Positions 49,101-61,800 of a stretch of DNA of 64,000 nt are shown here, piece after piece (the first letter of the stretch is position 1; each line of letters begins with the position of its first letter). The DNA comes from Camelus dromedarius (lineage: Eukaryota), in NCBI RefSeq assembly GCF_036321535.1, contig NC_087437.1, positions 47,804,001-47,868,000 of the forward strand, read 5' to 3'. Under the pieces are notes generated by a model, which did no database searches, was not told the origin of the DNA, and saw nothing but the letters and a program-made list of their open reading frames with translations. Both the position numbers and the translations under genes were made by a program.

Positions 49101-52100
49101 TCTTTGCTGACTGGTGGTGGAAAGAGCTCCAAGTTTGGATCAGCAAACCCTGGGATGGCTCCTAAACCTTCCGCTTAAGATATTCAGAGCATAGTGTAAT
49201 AGGAAAGAGCTTTGGAGTTAGACAGACCTGGCCTGAGTCCAGATGCTGCGACTTAGTATTTGTATAACCTGGTGGAATTTGCTTACCCATAAATGGGGAC
49301 AAAGGTAGTACCTACCTAATGGATTAAAACTATTTAAAATATATATAAAGGGCTTGGCACATAGTAACTGTTGATTTACCTGAGATGGTCATTTTAGGAG
49401 AACAGTAAACTGGAAAAGCAAAGTACTTTTCAGAAACTAATTTTAAACAAATTTTCTTCTTGTAGCATCCTATATCAAGATGGATTGCTCGAACTTTCTT
49501 TGATAGTCCTGAAAAGAATTATGAAAAAACAATGGCTATCCTTCAGATTGAAGCTGAAAAGGCTGAATTACGGTAAAAAACAAAAACAAAAACAAGAAAG
49601 GTGGGGGGTTGCGGGAAAGGAAATCCTTTCCTACAGTTGCAAACCACAAGAAGTTTAATAGAGCTATTTCAACACTGTAGGATGCTCTGTGTAAAAGGCT
49701 GAAGATGGGGAGAGAATTAGCCTGTTTGAAGTGGAGACTAGAAGACTATTAGGAGATAATATCTGTCAAATTAAAAGGAATTCTTTTAAAAAATATCCTG
49801 ACTCTAAAGTGCAAGGCAGCCCTCTCCTTCCCCCTCCCCCTACAGCTTCCTTTCCTCCTATACCCAGTTTCATCCTTAGAGATACCACTATTTAATGATT
49901 TCCTATATATGTTCCTAAAAAAATTTTGTGCATTAAAAATATATTTTATGGCAGGAAAGGGTATTGCTCAAGTGGTAGAGTGTATGCTTAGCAATACACA
50001 AGATCCTGGGTTCGATCCCCAATACCTCCTCGAAATAAACAAGTAAACTAATCCCCCCACCAAAAAATAAATATATATATTTTTTATGTATCATTTACAA
50101 AATATATTGATACAAGTGGAATCCTGTTATCAACACTGTTCTGCACCTTGTCTTTATTTCGTCTAAATATGTAGTTATCCCTCAGTATCTGAAGAGGATT
50201 GGTTCCAGGACCTCCAGCAGATACCAAAATCCAAGGATGCTCAAGTCCCTTATGTAAAATGGCATAGCACAGTCAGCCCTCCATATGTGCATGTTCTGTA
50301 TCCGAGGATGGGGAGGGCCAGCTGTATCTTGGTGATCTTTCTGTAATAGCATATACTCCATTGTTTTTTCATGGCAGCACTGGATGGATGTGCTTTAATT
50401 TTTTTAGCCAGTAGGGGGCCTGTTGTTGGTACTTAGGCTCTTTCCAAGTTTTTTGATATTATACATAGTGCTTTGGTAAATATCTTCATACATATATTTT
50501 TGCATATTTATTCAATGTAGCTGGAATATAAATTCCTAGCAATGGCTCTGATAAACCAAATGTTATGTTTGAAATTTTAAGTAGCTATTTAACAAACTCT
50601 TAAAGAATTGTTCCAGTTGTCTTTTCTGTCATCAGTACATGATAATTCTGTTTCTCCATACCTTCCTAATAATAGAATTTATTAAACCTAAACATTTGTG
50701 CTGAAAAGGTAGTTGAAAAATGTTATCTCATCATTTCAATTTTTTTTTTTAGTTTTGAATTTTTTGATAAAGTTTGAGTATTTTTTCATATCTATTGGCT
50801 CTTTGTATTCCTTTTCCATAAATTGCCCATTTTTCTACTAATTTGTACATTAATTAAAATAGCTTCTTTTATTTTTGTTGCAGATATGGTTTCCTGGCTT
50901 GTCATTTGTTATTGACAGTGTAGAATTTTTTGCAACATAGTGTTTTTATGTTCCAGATAACAAAACTGTAGTAGTAGCTAATACGTTTTTGAACACCTAC
51001 TGTGTATCAGTGCTTCATTACTTTACATGTATTTACTTATTGTCAGGTTTGTCATTCTTTCTCCTTAGCTTCTGGAATTTTGTGTCATGCATAGGTCTCT
51101 GATGGTTACAAAATGAGTAAATACTACAAGTCCAAAATTATTTTTTTAGGTGCTTGGGTGGTTCAGTGGTAGAATTCTCACCTGCCAAAATTATTTTTTT
51201 ACTGTCCACTCATGTTTCCTTTTGCTACTTTAAAATATAATCTCATCTGAGATTTATTTTGATGTTTGGAGTGAGGTTTATGTTCAATCAGATGCACCTG
51301 TTAAGTTCAGTGGGTTTTGAAAAAAAAATATAGCTGTGTAACCACCATGGTTGAAGTCATTTCAGTTACCTCATCTCCTTCCTGTCCCTTTCAATCAGTC
51401 CCATACCCTGCTCTTGGCTCCAGGCTACCATTGATCTGCTTTCTGTTCATTTTAACTTTGTAGTTTACAAAAATTGCTATGATATTGAAAAATATTTAAA
51501 TGATTAATGAACACATGGTTGGCTTATTTTCTAGTGTGTAATTGCATGTATGTGCGGTTACCATATAGAACTGTCAGTAAGTATTTAAGAGCATGGAACA
51601 ACATTATGCCTTATACTAATAACTTTGGACATTTTTTAACTTCAGACATATACTTTTGAGTTCCAAATAAAACACCAGATCCCAGAACTCCTTAGACATA
51701 TAGAGATCCTAAACAATTTCAAAACAAAACAAAGTAAAACAAAAACAGGACTGTGACTTTTACCCCAAAGGAGAGATGCCAGTGTGGGCATGGAATGGGG
51801 AGTACCTACAGTTTAAAAAAAAATACATGTTTAAGTATTTGGAAAACTGAAGCTTAAAAGAAAGGTATAAAATAGAAAGGGACTATCTCTCCTAATTGAT
51901 TCCCCCAGAGATAACTATTATTTTTGTCCTCCAGAATTTCTAATACTCTGTGCATGTGCACGTGTGAATGTGTGTGTGTATAGTTTCACAAATAATTACT
52001 TTCTGTTTTTTACTGAAACAGGAAGATGCTACACATACTCATTTTATACCTTGCTTTTTAACCTAACAGTATATCTGTCATCTCCTTCCATATTGCCATA

Positions 52101-53307
52101 TGTAATTTTTCTTCATTCTTTTTATCAGGTACATAGGTTATCCGTTATATAGGTGAACCATAATTTATTTAACCAGTTCCCTTTGATGAATATTTTAATT
52201 ACTTGCATTTTGAATATTACATTCTAAAGAATAGAAAAGAAAAAAGATGATATTTAATCCTAAAAAAAGCTAAATATATTCTCTTATATTCCCTATTACA
52301 AAGGTATATAATCTCTCATAGATAGGGTTAGTGAGCTGGTTAAGGTTAATGAATTATTTAACTGTGATAGGTTTCCAGTCATATGAAAAAGTTGCTGTGT
52401 AGTCTATAAGAATGGAAAGGGAAAGGCTTGATGGAGAGGAAGGACTGCTTCAGAAACGTGTGGTAGCTTGCAAAGACTTGGCTTTAGGGGAAGGAAAGTA
52501 TCTTTCTAGAAAGAGATTATTCAGTTCGTGAAGAAGATTGAGGACAAGTAAGTAGATCTTAGAGGTGGAGAATGTTTTTCTCAATCCTGGTTTTTCTTTT
52601 TTCTTTTCTTTACAAGTTGTCTCTCTGATGTTGAACAGGCTCAGTGTGATGCTGGTGGCTGGTGAATAAGATACCATTCCTTTTCTCAAGAGGTTTTCTG
52701 TCCTGTTGATGATAGGCTGCCAGTATAGACAGGGAGTGTGAGCTTCTCCAGGAAGGCTTGCTCATTTTTTAAGTCCTAGCACTTGGCACAGCATAGGGGC
52801 ATAATAGCAGGCGTTCTGTAAATGACTCTCATAACATCTAAAAGACAGGAAAACAGGAAATGCATTACCACAATTCAAGTGAAAGTGACCTGTCGTCAAA
52901 GAAAAGGGACAGGAGGAGGAATTGATTATCAACTCAACTGCTACTTGGGTGACTAGAAACAATATGTGTTGGTTAACTATACAAGCAAGATAATAAAAGC
53001 CAAATAAATCCCAAATTTTGCTTATAGGTGTTTGTCAGATATATGTATACACATGGATCTGTGGAGGGACATTATACTTTACATAAAAGCAAAAGACTCT
53101 CTAGTGGTTGTTCTTTATGGAGATACTTCATTAAATTTGTAATTGGAAATGCTATAATCACAGTATCACTATTCTGTCTGTTACAGGTTAAAGGAGTTGG
53201 AAGTACGAAGATTAATGCGTGCAAGAGGTGATGGGCCCTGGTATCAATATCCAACTGTTGATAAGGCACTTATTGATCATTCTCCAAAAGCAACTCCTGA
53301 CAACTAA
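40007..53307 (+). CDS. NDUFB5: NADH:ubiquinone oxidoreductase subunit B5 (SGDH), 189 aa: join(40007..40130,46331..46419,47445..47511,48340..48401,49466..49572,53187..53307)
   Basis: 570 nt spliced [27 protein letters not shown]...[20 protein letters not shown]...[16 protein letters not shown]...[10 protein letters not shown], with the SGDH mature N-terminus present. Confidence 0.97.
46331..46419 (+). CDS. NDUFB5: NDUFB5 exon 2
   Basis: ccag|CTCCTGTG...TTAATG|gtgagt; [29 protein letters not shown]. Confidence 0.95.
47445..47511 (+). CDS. NDUFB5: NDUFB5 exon 3 (transmembrane segment)
   Basis: acag|AGATTC...ATTG|gtaagt; [22 protein letters not shown]. Confidence 0.95.
48340..48401 (+). CDS. 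NDUFB5: NDUFB5 exon 4
   Basis: ctag|GTGAAGCT...TTCAAG|gttggc; [20 protein letters not shown]. Confidence 0.95.
48700..48910 (-). mobile_element. MIR SINE
   Basis: ACATTTATTGAGCACTTAC...GGTACTATTATTATTCCCA...TTTGAACCCAGGCAGTCTTGACTCTAGAG. Confidence 0.75.
49466..49572 (+). CDS. NDUFB5: NDUFB5 exon 5
   Basis: gtag|CATCCT...TTACG|gtaaaa; [35 protein letters not shown]. Confidence 0.95.
49951..50070 (+). mobile_element. tRNA-derived SINE, camelid Vic-1-like
   Basis: GGGTATTGCTCAAGTGGTAGAGTGTATGCTTAGC...CCTGGGTTCGATCCCCA...AAATAAA...CCCCCCACCAAAAAA; homologous to 20730-20820. Confidence 0.8.
50172..50325. mobile_element. MER2-like (TcMar-Tigger) element
   Basis: CCCTCAGTATCT...GGATTGGTTCCAGGACC...ATACCAAAATCCAAGGATGCTCAAGTCCCTTATGTAAAATGGC. 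Confidence 0.75.
51149..51186 (+). pseudogene. Tailless retrocopy of the 5' half of tRNA-Gly(GCC)
   Basis: GCTTGGGTGGTTCAGTGGTAGAATTCTCACCTGCC differs at 2 positions from recalled GCATGGGTGGTTCAGTGGTAGAATTCTCGCCTGCC; flanked by identical CCAAAATTATTTTTTTA at 51132-51148 and 51185-51201. Confidence 0.88.
53187..53307 (+). CDS. NDUFB5: NDUFB5 exon 6 (last coding exon, TAA at 53305-53307)
   Basis: acag|GTTAAAG...[48 protein letters not shown]. Confidence 0.95.
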
Positions 53308-53350
53308 TCTTTTATTTCTTTAAATACAAAGTATATTCTATTTAGGGAGA

Positions 53351-53356
53351 AATAAA
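53351..53356 (+). terminator. NDUFB5: Candidate NDUFB5 polyadenylation signal AATAAA
   Basis: AATAAA 44 nt after the stop, followed by the T/GT-rich element TGTTTTTTTCCGTGTGG. Confidence 0.75.
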
Positions 53357-56289
53357 TTACTGAATATATTCTGTTTTTTTCCGTGTGGTAAATGAAAGAT
53401 CCTCTTCATTGCTCTATTTCTCAACATTGGTTCAGGTTAACACTTTTTTGTGTGTGATTTCAGGTTTTTTTCCCAGCTTTATTGAGCTATAATTGACAAA
53501 AGTATAAGATATTTAAAGTGTACATCATGGTGACTTGATATATGTATACATTGTGAAAGGCAGATTAAGGCTTTTGATTTGGAGGGTTTGGCTTCCTCTT
53601 TTAAGAAGGTTTAAAATGTAATTTTAAAACACTTGGAGAAATAGGAATTTGTGAATTCCTAAAAGTGTGACTTTAAAAGATGAATGTTTTATTTGCCTGA
53701 TAAATGGAAGTTAGAGAAGTCTAATTATGTTAAGCATCAGGAAATAGAACAGTTTATATACATGTGAGTATTGTAAACATCTGGATTATTCAGGGGCAAC
53801 TCAATTTTAAATTACAGAAATATTGAACCAACTATACAAGACATAAACACCTTGATAAACAATTTTTTAGTGAACAGATCTCAAAGTTTAATATTTTCAA
53901 GTTTTTTAGCCATATATCGTTCTGCTTAAATGCACACGCACACGCACACACACACACACATGCATTTTTCTTTGATGCACTGTCTAAGATTACTTAGAAG
54001 CCTTTTTTGTGAACACTAGAGAAGTTCCACAAGGTAAAATGACTACTGCCAAGGCTAGGAAATGTAACGGCTAAAATATTGGCTATTATTTATTAAGCAT
54101 TTACTGTCTGCTGAGCGCTGTGCTGAATAACTGCATTTTTCACATTATTTTCAAAATGACCTTTGAGGTACTATTACTTTCTGCATTTTATAGATACCTG
54201 AGAAATTGAGGCTCAGAGATTTTAAACATACTCAGTATTTACAAAAATAAGCATTTACACTCCAACTTCCAAAATGACATGTTAGCTTCAAAAAAAAATC
54301 ATTATTTTCAGTGAATACCTTTTGAATGTCCTTGTGTCCTAAGAGTCCCAAGTGCCCTTTGAATCCAGCCAGTGTCCTTTGAGGTGGCTGCATTTTCTTA
54401 CTTCCCCAGAAGAGGGCTGCCTCACCTAGTTACTTACAGATTTTGTTCTGAGGATCCCTGTGCATTCTAATTACCACCTCATAATTCTGCCAAAGGATTT
54501 GAGGGAAAGGCATGCTGTCCCTGAGCCCCTGCTTACCCAAATCATTCAGTTTTGTAAGAGAGGTAAGGAGAATGGAAGTGGATAGGTCTTGTCATTGGTA
54601 ATTGTAAATGTGTTACATCTATGTACATTTATGTTCAGTTTTTTTAGACTTGACATTTATTTCTCGACACCAGTATACTTTATTTTCTCCTTTCTACTAT
54701 TATATAGGAAAACTTACCATAGAAAATATGGAAAATGGTACAAGAAATACTGATAATTCCACTACCCGTACCTGAGAAATTTCCTTTTTTAAAATTTTTT
54801 TTTTAGCATAGCTGGGCTCATATATATATAATGGAGAGATTTTTTTTTTTAAGTTTGAAAGTGTTTCTAGAAGAGAAATGTTAATTTAAAAACATATATA
54901 CTGATTTTTATGCAAACTTTTTTTTCCCAATTCAAATATTTAAACTAATTTTATATTGGTCACTAAGATACGTACTGGGATAAGGTGGTCATCACGGTAG
55001 ACATGTTTCCTACAAGGAGTTTACTCTTTAGTACAGATGATAGATGTTAAATCAGAAATTATATGCATTGAGTTTGATAGGTGGATGTGTAGAATATATA
55101 TGTACACATATATAGTTATCAACTATAGTCACCTTGTTGAATGTGAAGTAGGAGCAAGCATGGAAATCCCCGAGGTAGAGATTTAAGAAGAGAAACTGAC
55201 AAGAAATAAAGAACCCATGCTGAAGACAGGGCACGCAGTACTATGTGCTAACAAATAATGAGACAAATGACACTAAGACATATCCTGGTAAATGATAGCA
55301 TTTTAGGGCTTAAAAATAGGGGAAATAGGGAGAGGTTGGTAAAAGGGTACAAACTTTCGAGTGTAAGATGAATAAGGTCTGAGGGTCTAATGTATAACAG
55401 GGTGACTATAGTTGATAGCACTATTGTATAAAAAAATAAAATTAAAAAAATTAAAATGGGGGTAGGGAAAATTTCTAGGCAAAAAAATCAGATCACTTGT
55501 AAAGTAGAAAAATCGAACTTCCTTCTCGTATCATGTGTTCTCATTCTTGTAAAATTATTTCTGACTGGCCATTTATCCATAATCATTTTAATCTATAGGC
55601 ATACATAGATACTTAGAGTGACGTTCACCTATTAACAATGGTAGTTCTGAGTGAAAAACCTGGATGATTTACATGCTTTACTCCTTGTAACTTTGTTTCA
55701 TCACAATATTTTCATACTGTTCTACTTTTAGGACTACTATGGTGGAAAAATTTAAGAATCATTTCTAATTGAGTGAACTAATGTTCAGTTCACAGAAACT
55801 TTTTTGTGTATGTTCTTCAAAAATAAGAAGGAAGGAACTATCTTTTTGTCTGGGCAATAACAGAAAAAAGAATAAAGTTTAGCAGGAAACCTGACTGCCA
55901 GTAGCAGTAATACACATTTGGCTCTATATCAGTCAGCTTCTGCTGTGGTAACAAGTAACCCCAACACCTCTGGGGCTTTTAATAATAAACAACTATTTCT
56001 TGGTCTTAAGGGCTGATGGCTAGCTTTGGACCAGCTGGGCTCTTCTGGTACCACATATCTTCTTTTTCTAAGACTCCAGGCTGAAGGAGAAACCTTTGAT
56101 GATAATACTCTGCCCACAGGTGAGCATGGGGAAGGCAGGACAGAAATGACGGTGTTTGAATAGATTATGTAATACATCACATGAACCTTGATTCCATACT
56201 GTCTTGTCTTGTTTTTTTATCTGTGTCACATATTTAACTTTGCCCTTCTATGAAACTATAAGCTTCTTGAACACAGGCATTAGGGCTTT

Positions 56290-56470
56290 GGATTCCAGTT
56301 CTTTTATTTCTTAGCTGTGTTACCTGGGGCAAGTTATTTGACTTTGTGTAGTCTTGATATCCTCATCTGTAAAATGAGGATAATCATAGGCCCTACTTTA
56401 GGGTTGTTGTTAGGATTAAATGAGATAATACACATGTAACCCCCGGTCTAATAGAAGCTCAATAATTTAT
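56290..56470 (+). mobile_element. MIR SINE
   Basis: TAGCTGTGTTACCTGGGGCAAGTTA...CCTCATCTGTAAAATGAGGATAAT...GGATTAAATGAGATAAT. Confidence 0.8.
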
Positions 56471-57624
56471 CACTCTTCACCTATTTCTTGCCCTCTCTTC
56501 TTTCCCTTTTCTTCATCCTCTTCCTTCTGCTGTCTTTTACCTTTTTCTTCTCTCATTAGTTTTACAGGACAAACTTTTCTTGAGAAATATTCATGTACTT
56601 CAACTGTTCTTGCAAACTGCTTATATTTAATGGGGCTGTCAAAGTGACACTGGAAATAATACAATACAATTTAGATGAGCAACACCACCATCTGTATCTG
56701 CTGGAAGTTGCATTAGCATGTCTTGACTTCCTCATATACTTTGGAGCTTTTGTCATCATTTCAGGAGGGTTTAGGAGATAGCTGAAGTTTTTTGTTTTGT
56801 TTTGTTTTAAATAGAGCAGACAATGAGAATGAGAAGAAAGCGAGGGAAAATGCAATTCTAACATGATTTTTTTCCTCATCCACAGAAAGTATTTTTTATT
56901 TTCCTAATATTTTATAAATGAAGAGACTCAAGCGTGGAGCAGTGATGTAACTTGGAAGTACAGCTGGATAGCTATGGCTAAGAGTAGAACATTGGCCTTT
57001 TATGTCCCAAATAAATGTTTGTCAGTTTTTACTTTACAAGTTCCCTCACAAAACATGATTTTCACTGCTTCTCCCTGATTTGGTCATTGCTTGCTGCACG
57101 CCCTTTTGCAATGTCCCCAGCAGGCTCCTTCTGCCAGCAGCCATCCCACTTCAGGCGATGCTGCTCTGGGCCGCCAGCCTCATCTTCCTCAAAGGTCACT
57201 TTCATGTGCATCACTTTCCTGCTCAGCAGCCTTTGGTGAATTTCCATTGCCTGTGAGGAGGAAGCCCAAAGTCCTTTCCCCAATCCAAATTGCCTGCAGT
57301 GTCACATTCTTTTCAATGATAAACTTTCTGGACCCTTGATTCTTGCAAAACCAGTCCATCCTTTACATTTATTTTATGCATTCCCCCAGTATGCTAGTTT
57401 TAAATCTGTGTCATGCAGTTGATGGCTAATTCTGTCTATGTTGTTTGTGGAACATTGCATCTTAGGTGGACAAGGGGAAAATGTGTGGACTTATACATTT
57501 ACCATATATACTTTGGGCGTCTAGAGTGTCAGGCACGAGATATTAGGAGTTGAGAAGACAACAGGTGGTTCGTAGAAGAAAGTATAGTTCCTCATTAGAA
57601 GAGAAGCAGAAAGGCAATTCAAGT

Positions 57625-58095
57625 TGTATTAGTTTCCTATGGTTGCTGTAACAAATTACCACAAACTTGGTGGCTTAAAATGGCAGACAATTATTCTTTC
57701 ACAGTTTCTGATTCAAAGTCTGAAATCAGTATCACTGAGCTGAATCAAGGTGTTGGCAGGGCCGTTTTCCCTCTGGAGGCTTCGGAAGTGAATCCATTCT
57801 TGTTTTTTCCAAATTCTGGTGGCTGCCAGCATTCCCTGGCTTGTGGCCACATCGCTTCAATCTCTGTCTATGTGATCACTTCGCCATTTCCTCTTCTGTG
57901 TGTGTCAAATCTCATCTGCCTCTCTTTTATAAAGACATTAGTGATTATATTTAGGATGGACCCAAATAATCTAGGATAATCTACCCATCTCAAGATCCTT
58001 AATTTAATCTCACATGCCATGCACAGAACTTTTTTTTGCCATGAAAGATAATATTTACAGGTTCCAGAAATTAGGATTTGAATCTCTTTTGGGGA
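57625..58095 (-). mobile_element. MLT1 (MaLR) solo LTR
   Basis: TGTATTAGTTTCCTATGGTTGCTGTAACAAATTACCACAAACTTGGTGGCTTAAAA...CATCTCAAGATCCTTAA. Confidence 0.82.
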
Positions 58096-58649
58096 AAATC
58101 AAAAACTTTTTTTGGAGCAACTTATATACATAAAAGTACAGCTTAGGTCTGGGAATACAAAGATGTATTATGATGGTCTCTTCCCTCAAGTGACTTGAAA
58201 TCTAGTTAGGGAGACAGAATAGATAAATAAGAGATATTTTTAAATGCACTTACTGTCTAATGAGTGATATAGGCAGTAAGTGTATGTGACGGACTTTCTG
58301 AAACATGTGGGGTAAATAGGATTTAGAAATTTCGAATGAATGAGGGAGAATGTTCCAGCTGGGGTTCATCATAAGCAAAACTATAAAAGCATGAATGTTC
58401 ATGAAGTGATCAATTTGCTTAGCTATATGTGTAGAGGAAAGCAATTCCTCATAGTAAACTGAAGTCATCCCCCCTGGAGAGAAAGGAAGGGGTCAGTTTT
58501 GCGGATGATGATAGAAATATTAAGAATAGTTAGCATGTTCCAGGAACTCTGTTAAATGCTTTAAAAAACATTTCACATCCTTGTAACAATTCTGCAGGAT
58601 TAATACAGTATTTACTTATTGAATTTTGGTCTGATGAGCATCCCTTATT

Positions 58650-61600
58650 TACAGAATGGCCCCTTTCCAATCACAGGCATGGATATATTCAGAGACGCAA
58701 TCAAGCAGACTTTCTCCCAGAAATCTGGATCTTGAGTAGAGAGATGTATGGATGGAGTGAAATTACTGTTTCATCAACTGGTGGCAGCATTTGGAAAGAA
58801 AGTGTGTGAGTGGTTACTACCGTGAGCTTTGGTTTCTGATAGTTCAGTCTATCCTTCAGTCCCAGGAGTCAACCATTACCTTTCCATACACCCCTTCTTA
58901 ATGTTGGTCAGAGCTACTTTTTTATTGCTTACAACAGAAGAACTCCAAATTTTTCAGTCTCAGAGAATGTGTTGCAAGGAACAGATGCTGAGGGATACAA
59001 AGTGGGTATTTGGAATTGCCTTTCAGTTCAAAATTCAATAGAAGGCAGTTAGATTTCCATTCAAATTTCAAGATAGGAAATAGGAGACCACAGTACTCAG
59101 TGGTGAAACAGATCAATCAGGTGAGCACCCGTGTTGTCTGGGACTGTGTGCTCAGAGCCATAAAGTTCTGGGAAAGGTGGCCGTCCTACACCTTGGGCAG
59201 TGGGAAATATCAGGGCTCTGTTTTAAAAGACATCAAATAATTTGATGCAAGAAATGGACACACTCAGAACTTTACAGTCTTTAAGGAATAAGATGAATCT
59301 CAAAATATTTATATGACCATGATAAAAATACTTTCTGCTTGCAGCTGTAGAATGAGATCCTGGAAAATCAAATCCTACTGCTGAAAATGCTGCCCTCCTC
59401 ACTTTAATGTTCAGGTAATGGCACAAGTGAGGCAAGAGTAAGATTCCCATAACTGAAACAGAAAAACCTAGGAGTGTGCAGGGGTCTTGGGGAGTCCCAA
59501 ATTCTAAAACTTCTGAACTTCTCCCCATACTCTTTCCTTCTTTTTCCCGCCTTCCTTCGGAGGAAACCACACTTCCTTTCAGGAGCAAATTAGTGTTTTT
59601 TCTCATTGTCCAACCCTTTAATATTTTCAACTGATAACCATTTCCTCTGATAACTCAATGTAGTCTCCAAGAATACACTGAGGAATCAGAGTGGAAGAGT
59701 TCAGCAGTCATACTGAAAGCTGTCACAGAAATCAGTAAATTCTACAAAATGGGGCAATGTCTGTGGAAATGGATTTTGAGGATTTTTGACCAAGGAGGGC
59801 AAAACAAGAATTTGGATCAAGCCAAATGGATCAATATGGATTTACTCAGCAGACATTCTGTATAGAACGCATTAGCGTGGGCGTGATCCTAACACCAACT
59901 TTGGTTGCCCAGCCCACACCTGGACCAAATGCTGGCTCAAGGCTAGAAATCCCTTGTCATAGCATAGAAGGGACTCGAGACAGAAGCACTGAATTTGATC
60001 TATGAAATATGTTTTCAAAGGGGCCCAGAATCTCTCAAAGGCAGTTTACTAATCATTCCAACTGACTTTGCTGCTCACAGGATTTGCCCATGAAGTGGGC
60101 TTCCTGATCCCAGTGGGGCTGGAAGAGTTCGGGGCGGATACCCCAGATGGTAGTAATTCACTGCCAGGAGTAAAGCCAGCACGGTTTTGATATGAGGCAA
60201 CAGTCCAAACGTGATTAATATATCTTAGGGAATGGCTAATTTACAGACAATTCTGGCTATGTTTTATCATGGGGTTCCCAGGTGTATAAGCAGTGGACCT
60301 TCCACTAAGCTAGTGTATCCCACTCTCTCCAGCTTCAAGTTTAGCAAGCAGAGACCTCAATCAAGCCACCTTACTAGACAGTCAGGAGGAGTTAGTTGGC
60401 ACCCCCAGAGTTCCTTGATTGGAGAGGAGGCTGGATTCCTTAGGAAAGATGCTAAAGATAAAGTATTATCAGATATGGACCTTCTGAACTTTCCTCCTGG
60501 CCTTCCCTGCAGCCGCTTCCCTAGTAGCAGTGCCCTGGAGAATGGAAAACAGCCAAACTTTTAAAAGACTATTAGAAACTGGCTATGATTGAAATGATAG
60601 CTTGCTGGAATGCCACTCCCATCAGCTAGAGGGGAGGTTATGGGAGCCAATGATATATGGATTTCTGACCTCGTTCACCACACAGTAGACTGAGTTGGGA
60701 CCCCAAGCTCATCTTGTGGCTAGTATTCCAGATCCTGGAAGTATTTTTGGATCACATGACTGTAGCAAACTGTAGAATCTCCATATTGACTCCCTGACCT
60801 GTGGACTAAGAGTTACCAGAGGAGGAAGGACGAGAGGATGCCACCGGTGTTCCCCTTCCCTAACAGAATTGTAAACGTGAATCAAAGCTGCCTTTTGAGT
60901 GGAGCTGCAGGAATTCGTGCCAGTCTCAAAGACCAGGAAGACATAGACTTGGCGATTTCTGTCATACTCCCGCTCTTTTCCCCGTCATTTCCTATTATTT
61001 CTCCCATTAGAATAGACAATGATAGTGGATTGCAGTCAAGTTAATAAGGTGGTGATTTCAGTTTGGTTGATGTTCCAGAGACGAACTCCTTATGAAGCAA
61101 GTTAATACATCTCGTGGCATTCAGTTTGCAGCTACTGATCTGGCGGAAAGTATTTTCTCCATTTAGGTAAACAGGTTTGTTGTCACCTGAAGGATAGGTT
61201 GCACAATTTAACTCTCTAGCTTAGGGGCATGTCGAGTCTCTGATTCTGGATGATAACACACGACCTGTAGGGATCTTGACCAGGGGTTGGCAAACTTTCT
61301 CTGTAAAGGGCCAGACAGTAAATACCTTGGGCATTGGTCCATGTGGTTTTGGTTGCATCCACTCCACTTTGCTTTTGTAGTGCCAAAGCAGCCACAGACC
61401 AATGTAAGTGGATGACTGAAGCTGGATTCCAGCAAAACTTTATTTACAAAAGCAAGCTGCAGGCTGGATTTGGTCCATGGGCTGCAGTTGGCTGACTCCT
61501 GATCTTGACCATCAATGTCTATAGGACATCATGTTAGTCCTACAGGGACAACAGTGTATAGACAGGACCTGAGGAGCAGGAAGTAGCAGGTGTCCTGTGA

Positions 61601-61800
61601 CAGAAGGTGAGAGATATAGTCTGAGAAATGCCATCCTAGTGAAATTCCAAAGGGGAGTTTAATAATATAAAAAAATGAAAGTCAGATTCTTCTTCTTTAG
61701 CTCCCTACTACTGAGAATGAGGTGAGTTTCTTTGAATTTTGGAGCCAGTCTGTATCATGTTTAGATACTTGCTTTATCCATTACTAGGAAACTTGAAAAA
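58650..61800 (+). mobile_element. Highly degraded ERV-L-type provirus remnant (LTR-like segment plus gag/pol fragments)
   Basis: ~61020-61170 resembles a decayed ERV-L RT segment (VD..KLN.VV...EQ.NT..G...AA.DLA...FFSI pattern); LTR-like end TTTATTGCTTACAAC...AACT at ~58920; no intact ORF. Confidence 0.55.
61281..61501. mobile_element. MER58A-like hAT MITE with 8 bp TSD
   Basis: Terminal inverted repeats CAGGGGTTGGCAAACT...AGTTGGCTGACTCCTG; perfect TSD ATCTTGAC at 61273-61280 and 61502-61509. Confidence 0.88.
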
